A stretch of DNA of 13,308 bases, taken from positions 1 through 13,308 of the forward strand of contig JBDGQO010000001.1 in assembly GCA_042219045.1 (NCBI GenBank). Direction: 5' to 3'. A model generated the notes under the pieces. That model worked only from the letters and a program-made list of their open reading frames with translations, was not told the origin of the DNA and searched no databases. Source of the DNA: Candidatus Bipolaricaulia bacterium. GTDB taxonomy: Bacteria; Bipolaricaulota; Bipolaricaulia; RBG-16-55-9. Positions within the stretch are counted from its first letter, which is position 1; each line of letters opens with the position of its first letter. Position numbers and translations under genes: made by a program. Shown piece by piece: positions 7,789 through 13,308 of the stretch.

Positions 7789-9105
7789 CTATCTCCTCCT
7801 GTGTTTCTCCTGGTATGCGCGTACGTGGGCTCGGGCTTGGGTCTCGTCAAACGTCATGATCTCGCGGTCTTCCATAATCGGCTTGCCGTTGACGATCACG
7901 GACGTCACATCCGACGACTGGGCCGAATAGACCAGATTGGCGACCGGGTCGTAGGTCGGGACCCAGTGCGGCCCTTCCATGTCCCACAAGACGATGTCCG
8001 CCGACGTGTCCGGTTGAAGTGTGCCGATCTCGTCCCATTTTAACGCGCGCGCGCCGCGCTCCGTGCCGAGTCGGAACGCCTCCAACGCCGGGAGCGCAGT
8101 GGCATCCTCCAGTATAGCCTTCTGACAGTACGATGCCAACCGGATCTCCTCGAGCAGATCGAGGTTGTTGTTGGACGAGGCCCCGTCGGTCGCCACGGCG
8201 ACGTTGATGCCCCGATCGAGCTGGCGTTGGACGGGCGCAAATCCCGAGGCCAACTTCAGGTTGCTCGCGGGGTTGTGGGCAACCTGGACGTCGTGCTCGG
8301 CCAACAGATCGAAATCGCCCTCGTCGAGGTGAACGCAGTGCGCGGCAAGCACGGGAGCCTCGAGGACCCCGAGGTCGGCCACGCGCTCGATGGGCGTCCG
8401 GCCCCAGGTTTCGCGGGCGGCCTCGACCTCGCCGCGCGTCTCCGCCAGATGGGTATGGATCAGCGTGTCGTGCTCGTCGGCCAGGTCGACGGCGCCCTCC
8501 CAAACGACGGGATCGCATGTGTAGGGCGCGTGCGGCGCAATCGCGGCGCGAATCCGTCCATCCGCGGTCTGGTTATGCTCGTTCAGGAAATCGCGCGTGG
8601 CCGCGATCTCGTCACGGGCCTTCTGGCCGCCGTTCGGGGCGATCATCCCGTAGGCCAACGTGCCGCGCAGGCCGCTCTCCGCAACCGCTCGAGCGACTTG
8701 GTCCATGTGGACGTACATGTCGGCGAGGCACGTCGTGCCCGAGCGGATCAGCTCGGCCATGGCATGGAGCGTGCCCCAGTAGACGTCCTCTTCGGTCAGC
8801 TCGGCTTCGAGCGGCCAGATCTCCTCCTCGAGCCAGCGCATCAAGGGCAGGTCGTCGGCGTAGCCGCGCATCAGCACCATGGCCAGATGCGTGTGGGCGT
8901 TGACGAGGCCGGGCGTTGCAAGCTTGTTGCGGCCGTCGATGACGTGCTCAACGTCGCTCGACGGCGGCGTCTCGTCGGTGTCGAGGATTGTCTCGATGTC
9001 GCCACCGCGCACGACGATCGAAACCCCCTCGCGAACCGGCGGGTCGCCGAGCGTGATCGCCGTGACGTCGCGAATCAGCAAGTCGTTGGGAGAGGCGGCG
9101 CTCAT
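7789..9105 (-). CDS. mtaD: Amidohydrolase superfamily, 5'-methylthioadenosine/S-adenosylhomocysteine deaminase-like, 438 aa
   Basis: Motifs are PGLVNAHTH, RGYADDLPLMRWLEEEIWPLE, PHAPYTC, HTHLAET, AAHCVH, HNPASNLKLASG and TDGASSNN. The start is placed at ATG 9105 (MSAASP) because the 9327 extension would overlap trpS and both candidate promoters. The exact substrate is inferred from family resemblance only. Confidence 0.8.
   Translation of the reverse strand: MSAASPNDLLIRDVTAITLGDPPVREGVSIVVRGGDIETILDTDETPPSSDVEHVIDGRNKLATPGLVNAHTHLAMVLMRGYADDLPLMRWLEEEIWPLEAELTEEDVYWGTLHAMAELIRSGTTCLADMYVHMDQVARAVAESGLRGTLAYGMIAPNGGQKARDEIAATRDFLNEHNQTADGRIRAAIAPHAPYTCDPVVWEGAVDLADEHDTLIHTHLAETRGEVEAARETWGRTPIERVADLGVLEAPVLAAHCVHLDEGDFDLLAEHDVQVAHNPASNLKLASGFAPVQRQLDRGINVAVATDGASSNNNLDLLEEIRLASYCQKAILEDATALPALEAFRLGTERGARALKWDEIGTLQPDTSADIVLWDMEGPHWVPTYDPVANLVYSAQSSDVTSVIVNGKPIMEDREIMTFDETQARAHVRAYQEKHRRR
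8111..8139 (-). promoter_or_regulatory. Internal sigma70-type promoter inside mtaD, pointing at rpsO-pnp
   Basis: The minus strand reads TTGGCA (8139-8134), a 17-nt spacer, then TATACT (8116-8111). Each hexamer matches consensus at 5/6. Confidence 0.65.
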
Positions 9106-9164
9106 GGCGTCGGCCCCATGGGAGAGCAATAATCGAACGAATTGGAGACGGGCATGATCAGGGT

Positions 9165-9194
9165 ATTGTAGCTGGCCGTCACGCCCCGTCGCAA
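9165..9194 (-). promoter_or_regulatory. Sigma70-type promoter for mtaD
   Basis: The minus strand reads TTGCGA (9194-9189), an 18-nt spacer, then TACAAT (9170-9165), about 60 nt upstream of ATG 9105. Confidence 0.55.
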
Positions 9195-9203
9195 CTGCAG
9201 GGC

Positions 9204-9233
9204 TTGCGGGCCATGCGCGGCTCGTGCTACGCT
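9204..9233 (+). promoter_or_regulatory. Sigma70-type promoter for trpS
   Basis: TTGCGG (9204-9209), an 18-nt spacer, then TACGCT (9228-9233) with an extended -10 TG at 9225-9226. It is back-to-back with the mtaD promoter. Confidence 0.45.
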
Positions 9234-9268
9234 TCGGGCGTTCCCGTCCCGACAGAGGAGGCAATTTG

Positions 9269-10270
9269 ATGGCCCAAACGCGCATTGTGTCCGGGCAAAA
9301 GCCCACAGGTCGCCCCCATATCGGCAACTACTTCGGGGCCAATCGGCCGTGGGTCGAGCTTCAGGAGGACGAGCGCTACGAGTGCTACTTCTTCATTGCC
9401 GACTACCATGCCATCACCGTGGACTGGGACCCCGCCGAGCTCCGTCAAGACACGATCGATATGGTGCTCGATCTGATGGCCTGTGGCCTCGATCCGGAGC
9501 GGGTCGTGCTCTTCGCCCAATCGCACGTCCCCGAACACATGGAGCTGTGCTGGGCGCTCAACGCGTTCGCCAGCTACGGCGACCTGACCCGCATGACCCA
9601 GTTCAAGGAGGTCCGCGACGAGGCCGAAGAGAACGAAGAGTTCGTCAGTGCCGGGCTTTTTGACTATCCCGTCCTTCAGGCCGCCGACATCCTGATGTAT
9701 CACGCCGAGGCCGTCCCCGTGGGCGAGGACCAGGTCCAGCACGTCGAGCTGACCCGGCGCATCGCGCGACGCTTCAACAGCCATCTCGGCGACTATTTCG
9801 CCGAGCCGGAGTGGTGGCTGAGCGAGGCGCCCCGGATCCGCTCCTTGGCGGATCCCGACAAGAAGATGAGCAAGAGCTACGGCGACAAACACGTCATTGG
9901 CCTGATGGAGTCCGAGGAGAGCATCCAGCAGAAGGTCAAGTCGGCCGTCACCGACGTCGGCCCGCAGGGCGAGGCGATGAGCCCGGGCGTGGAGAACCTG
10001 TTCCGACTGTTGAAACTGACCGCGCCGTCGGACGTCCACGACCGCCTCCACGGCGATTACGACAGCGGCTCCCTCAAGTACGTCGATCTGAAAGAGACGC
10101 TGTTCGAGCACCTCATGGAGACGCTCCGCCCCGTCCGCGAGCGCCGTCGGCAGCTCTCCGAGGGCGACGCCAAAGACGTCCTCAAGCTGGGGGCCGAGCG
10201 CGCCAGCTCCGTCGCTCGACAGACCGCCCGCGACATCCGGACGCGCATCGGCGTCGGCCCCCTTAGCTGA
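9269..10270 (+). CDS. trpS: Tryptophanyl-tRNA synthetase, 333 aa
   Basis: Class I motifs HIGN (SGQKPTGRPHIGNY) and KMSKS are present, with TrpRS-specific YPVLQAADIL and VPVGEDQVQHVELTR. The start is ATG 9269 with SD GAGGAGG at 9255-9261. Confidence 0.97.
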   Translation: MAQTRIVSGQKPTGRPHIGNYFGANRPWVELQEDERYECYFFIADYHAITVDWDPAELRQDTIDMVLDLMACGLDPERVVLFAQSHVPEHMELCWALNAFASYGDLTRMTQFKEVRDEAEENEEFVSAGLFDYPVLQAADILMYHAEAVPVGEDQVQHVELTRRIARRFNSHLGDYFAEPEWWLSEAPRIRSLADPDKKMSKSYGDKHVIGLMESEESIQQKVKSAVTDVGPQGEAMSPGVENLFRLLKLTAPSDVHDRLHGDYDSGSLKYVDLKETLFEHLMETLRPVRERRRQLSEGDAKDVLKLGAERASSVARQTARDIRTRIGVGPLS

Positions 10271-10308
10271 CACGTAGCTCAAGTATTTCTCCCGCAACAA
10301 ATGGGGCT

Positions 10309-10511
10309 TCCCGGTTGTTAACGCTGTGTTAACGCGGGCCTGCTAGGATAAACTGGGGGCCCGGCCATCGCACGCCATCTGGCCGCTGCTACGACCTCCG
10401 GCAGCGAGCGCGGGGTGAGGGGTTGAGGTGCACGGTTCCCAGGTCGGGCCCTCCCCTATCCTTGCAAAGCGTCAATCCGTGGCAAATCCACTGTCAACTT
10501 CTCTTCCGGGA
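10309..10511. ncRNA. Candidate structured RNA or long imperfect inverted repeat (family unassigned)
   Basis: Nested pairings: 10355-10366 with 10442-10453 (12 bp, two G-U), 10341-10350 with 10457-10466 (9 of 10), 10328-10335 with 10469-10476, 10317-10322 with 10493-10498, and 10309-10314 with 10506-10511. There is an inner CGCTGC/GCAGCG hairpin. Confidence 0.4.
10316..10335. repeat. Direct repeat TGTTAACGC x2 at an 11-bp period; possible transcription-factor site
   Basis: An exact 9-mer occurs at 10316-10324 and 10327-10335, just upstream of an extended -10-like TGcTAGGAT (10341-10349). Confidence 0.5.
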
Positions 10512-10530
10512 TTCGTACCCGCCCTTCGCT

Positions 10531-10539
10531 TGCTATACT
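10531..10539 (+). promoter_or_regulatory. Extended -10 promoter for the hypothetical protein/MutS-like operon
   Basis: TG-c-TATACT lies about 30 nt upstream of GTG 10570. There is no convincing -35. Confidence 0.5.
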
Positions 10540-10569
10540 GGGGCGATCGCTATGGAAGGGGTGACAAAC

Positions 10570-10980
10570 GTGAAACGGACGCTGTTGATGGCGCTGGGGG
10601 TGCTGGCGCTCACGGGCGCGATCGTGTTCTTGTGGCCGGCCCCGCAGCCGCTTCAGGGCGTGGAGACGGTCGCCGTCAAGGGCAAGGGCAACCTGCCGGG
10701 TGACCTGGTGGAGGGCCTCGAAATTGCCCTGAATGACCGAAAAATCCGAGTTGTCAGCGAAAGCGAGAACCCCGACGCGGTCATCACGCTGGTCAAACCG
10801 ACCTCGGCCAATGTCGACTTCCAGATCAGCGACGGCGGCTTCCAGGGCGAAGCGCACTTGACCCTGCGCGTCGAACGGGACAACGGGCGAGAGTACATGA
10901 TGGATCTCAACGTCCGCTTTGACGGCACGGACCTGACCGCTGAGCTCTCCAGCCGCCCGTTCTGGCAGGTCTGGAAGTAA
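10570..10980 (+). CDS. Hypothetical exported or membrane-anchored protein, ~136 aa
   Basis: GTG 10570 follows SD GGAAGGGG (10554-10561) and gives MKRTLLMALGVLALTGAIVFLWP, a basic n-region plus hydrophobic helix. The in-frame ATG 10552 is an alternative start. Codon usage is GC3-rich, and the stop is 6 nt before the next gene. Confidence 0.75.
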   Translation: MKRTLLMALGVLALTGAIVFLWPAPQPLQGVETVAVKGKGNLPGDLVEGLEIALNDRKIRVVSESENPDAVITLVKPTSANVDFQISDGGFQGEAHLTLRVERDNGREYMMDLNVRFDGTDLTAELSSRPFWQVWK

Positions 10981-10986
10981 CGCTGC

Positions 10987-12873
10987 ATGGCGCCTGAGTC
11001 GGCTCCCGCGGCCCGTGACCGTGGCGCGCAGTTGACCCGCTACGTCGAACGGCTCGATCGCCGCCTCGACGGCTTGGCTCGACAGAGCATGCGCTGGACG
11101 CGCGCTCGAGTCGGATCTGCGAGCGCCGTTGCCGTGGGCTTGTTGGTTTCGTTCGTCATGGAGAGCACGTGGGTCTTGAACGGCGCCATTCTGCTCGCGG
11201 CCGTCGCGTTCGTCGGCAGCGTGCTCATCCATGGGCGCGTCCAGCGGGCGATCGCGCGGGCCGAACAGTGGCGGGCCATCAAGCGCACGCACCTCGCGCG
11301 CCAGACCCAGCATTGGGACGAGTTGCCCGAGCCGCGCTCGGAGGCGGTGGACGCGCGTCATCCGTTTGCCGACCTGCATCTGGTCGGCAAGGAATCGCTC
11401 CACCAGCTGCTCGACGTGGCGGTCACCGACGGCGGCAGCGCGCGGCTTCGTGACTGGCTGCTCGAGACGGATCCGAATCCTGGGCAGACGCGGCGCCGCC
11501 AGCGAATCGTGCGCGAGCTCGTGCCGCGCTCCCGTTTCCGCGATAAGCTCTGCTTCGCTGCACGACGCGACGAGGCGGCCCAAGCAACCCATCACGGCGC
11601 TCAGCGCGTGGTGGAGTGGTTGGAGGCCGACCCCGCTGAAGAAGGGCTGCGCTCGATGCTGGCCGTGCTGGGCGGTCTGGCGTTGCTGAACGTCGGGCTC
11701 GTTGTGGGATGGCTCTGGGGCGCCCTGCCCCCGATATGGCTGGGATCGCTGTCTCTCTACGTCGTGCTGTACTATCGCCAGGCCCGACACGTCGGGACGT
11801 TGTTTGCCGAGGCATCGACGCTGGAGAGCCTGCTGGGTCGGCTGCGGTCGATCTTCCGCGAGCTCGAAACGGTCAGCTATGCCGACTGTCCCGAGTTGGC
11901 CCAGCACTGCATGCCGTTCCGCGATCCCGAGCGGCAGCCATCCGCCGAGCTAGCACGAGTGGGCCGGGTCGCGGGCGCGGCCAGCATGCAGCGTCACCCC
12001 CTCTGGCTGCCGCTCAATCTCCTCGTTCCCTGGGATCTGTATTTCGCGCATCGGCTGCGCTCGTTGAAGGCCTCGCTCGCCGAGGAGCTCAGCCTCTGGC
12101 TGGAGCGCTGGTTCGATCTGGAGGCCGTGATCGGGCTGGCCAACTTCGCCGATCTCCATCCCGACTACGCGTTCCCCCAATTCCAGTCCCCGTCCGGCGA
12201 TAACCGAATGCCGTTCGAGGCGAGCGCGCTCGGCCATCCGCTCATTCCGGACGATCAGCGCGTGGGCAACGATTTCGCCATGGACCGACTCGGCTCGATC
12301 GCGATCATCACAGGATCCAACATGGCGGGCAAGAGCACGTTCTTACGCACGATCGGGATCAATCTGCGATTGGCCTTCGCGGGCGGGCCGGTCGCGGCGC
12401 GCTCGCTGACGACGGTGCCGTTTCGGCTTTATACGTGCATCCGTCCCAGCGACTCCATCGCCGACGGCATCTCCCATTTCTACGCCGAAGTCAAGCGCCT
12501 TCGGACGCTATTGGATGAGTTGGAGCGCGAGCATCCGCATCCCGTCTTCTTTCTGATTGACGAGATCTTCAGCGCGACGAACAACCGCGAGCGGCTCATC
12601 GGCAGTCGGGCTTATGTACAACACCTCATCGACAAGCACGGCGTGGGCGCCATCTCCACGCACGACTTGGAGCTGGCCCAGCTCGAGGACGAATCGGCCA
12701 GCATTCGGAACATGCACTTCCGCGAGCACGTGGAGGACGGGGCGATGCAATTCGACTACGCGCTGCGCGAGGGGCCCTGCCCGACCACGAACGCCTTGAC
12801 GATCATGGACATGGAAGGCTTGCCAATTACATCCGAAAGACCGGCCAGTGGGTCGTCTCGATCGGGGCGTTGA
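10987..12873 (+). CDS. MutS-related protein (MutS domain V ATPase with transmembrane segments), 628 aa
   Basis: MutS-type motifs are [31 protein letters not shown] and STHDLEL. Hydrophobic segments lie at ~11110-11229 and ~11656-11775. No mismatch-binding domain I and no Smr domain are visible, so it is neither MutS1 nor MutS2. Confidence 0.88.
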   Translation: MAPESAPAARDRGAQLTRYVERLDRRLDGLARQSMRWTRARVGSASAVAVGLLVSFVMESTWVLNGAILLAAVAFVGSVLIHGRVQRAIARAEQWRAIKRTHLARQTQHWDELPEPRSEAVDARHPFADLHLVGKESLHQLLDVAVTDGGSARLRDWLLETDPNPGQTRRRQRIVRELVPRSRFRDKLCFAARRDEAAQATHHGAQRVVEWLEADPAEEGLRSMLAVLGGLALLNVGLVVGWLWGALPPIWLGSLSLYVVLYYRQARHVGTLFAEASTLESLLGRLRSIFRELETVSYADCPELAQHCMPFRDPERQPSAELARVGRVAGAASMQRHPLWLPLNLLVPWDLYFAHRLRSLKASLAEELSLWLERWFDLEAVIGLANFADLHPDYAFPQFQSPSGDNRMPFEASALGHPLIPDDQRVGNDFAMDRLGSIAIITGSNMAGKSTFLRTIGINLRLAFAGGPVAARSLTTVPFRLYTCIRPSDSIADGISHFYAEVKRLRTLLDELEREHPHPVFFLIDEIFSATNNRERLIGSRAYVQHLIDKHGVGAISTHDLELAQLEDESASIRNMHFREHVEDGAMQFDYALREGPCPTTNALTIMDMEGLPITSERPASGSSRSGR

Positions 12874-13308
12874 ACGCCGCCGACAGCGAGAGCCCCACCA
12901 CGTCCCGAGTCTGCGCCGGATCGACGATGCCGTCGTCCCAGAGCCGGGCCGTGGCGTAGTAGGGATTGCCCTCGTGCTCGTATTTCTCGCGCAGCGGCTG
13001 CGCGATCTCCTCGGCTTCGTCGTTGGACAGTTCTTGGCCCTCGCGTTCCAGCTTCTGCTGGCGGATCGTGACCATCACTTGGGCGGCCTGCTCGGCGCCC
13101 ATCACGGAGATGCGGGAGTTCGGCCAGGTGAACATGAAGCGCGGGCCGTAGGAGCGCCCGCACATGGCGTAGTTGCCCGCGCCGTGCGAAGCCCCGATCA
13201 CGACCGTCAATTTGGGAACCCGCGCTGTCGCGACAGCCTGGACCATCTTGGCGCCGTCCTTGGTGATGCCGCCCTCCTCGTAGCGCTTGCCGACCATGAA
13301 GCCGGTGA
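12827..13308 (-). CDS. Acyl-CoA carboxylase carboxyltransferase (beta) subunit, methylcrotonyl-CoA carboxylase type; 5' part lies outside the window
   Basis: The frame is open to the window edge and reads [62 protein letters not shown], typical of the MCC-beta/LiuB C-terminus. Confidence 0.9.
   Translation of the reverse strand, partial: TGFMVGKRYEEGGITKDGAKMVQAVATARVPKLTVVIGASHGAGNYAMCGRSYGPRFMFTWPNSRISVMGAEQAAQVMVTIRQQKLEREGQELSNDEAEEIAQPLREKYEHEGNPYYATARLWDDGIVDPAQTRDVVGLSLSAAFNAPIETTHWPVFRM

Noticed and set aside
5150..7930. 926-aa plus-strand ORF (also 3735-5072, 9227-10300, 10456-11907 and 8227-9132)
   Set aside because: These are antisense shadows of GC3-rich real genes (pnp/rpsO, M16 peptidase, trpS, MutS-like, mtaD). 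They have no motifs, and stop codons are naturally scarce in that frame.
9165..9225. Possible SAH or SAM riboswitch upstream of mtaD (minus strand GTTGCGAC...GCCAG)
   Set aside because: The resemblance is only partial. The GAGGAGCG and AGGCUC elements of the SAH motif are missing, and the segment is better explained as the promoter itself.
9106..9327. 74-aa N-terminal extension of the deaminase, and the 9224 start for trpS
   Set aside because: These extensions would overlap each other and the divergent promoters. Family-like sequence begins at 9105 and 9269 respectively.
10316..10335. CRISPR or iteron array
   Set aside because: There are only two 9-bp copies, with no spacers and no cas or rep gene.
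10355..10453. Assignment of the structured element as SRP RNA, tRNA-Sec or tmRNA
   Set aside because: There is no CAGG-x-GNRA-x-AGCA domain IV motif, no T-loop GTTCRA or CCA end, and no tag reading frame. It is left unassigned.
10423..10551. Upstream extension of the hypothetical protein (185-aa version)
   Set aside because: It runs through the inverted repeat and the TATACT promoter. The signal/anchor sequence begins at 10570.
10987..12873. Calling this gene mutS or mutS2
   Set aside because: It lacks the mismatch-recognition domain and the Smr domain, and it has TM segments.

Overview
This is a GC-rich bacterial chromosomal window of mostly housekeeping genes, with visibly acidic proteins. 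In order: (+) a translationally coupled pair of an Mre11/SbcD-like nuclease and an SMC/Rad50-like coiled-coil protein, most like the YhaO-YhaN (SbcF/SbcE) type; (-) an operon mtaD-like deaminase > rpsO > pnp > M16 zinc peptidase; (+) a divergently transcribed trpS; a ~280-bp intergenic region with a ~200-nt imperfect inverted repeat and 11-bp-period repeats; (+) a small membrane-anchored hypothetical protein followed by a membrane-bound MutS-domain-V ATPase; (-) the 3' part of a methylcrotonyl-CoA-carboxylase-type carboxyltransferase. The most unusual points are: (1) the Rad50-like protein has a hydrophobic hairpin at the coiled-coil apex and several altered ABC-ATPase motifs; (2) PNPase has two S1 domains; (3) a near-consensus sigma70 promoter and the rpsO RBS are written into the mtaD coding sequence with atypical codons; (4) a candidate structured ncRNA lies after trpS. 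No transposase, integrase, CRISPR array, tRNA or rRNA was recognised. All calls come from motif reading by eye, with no database search.
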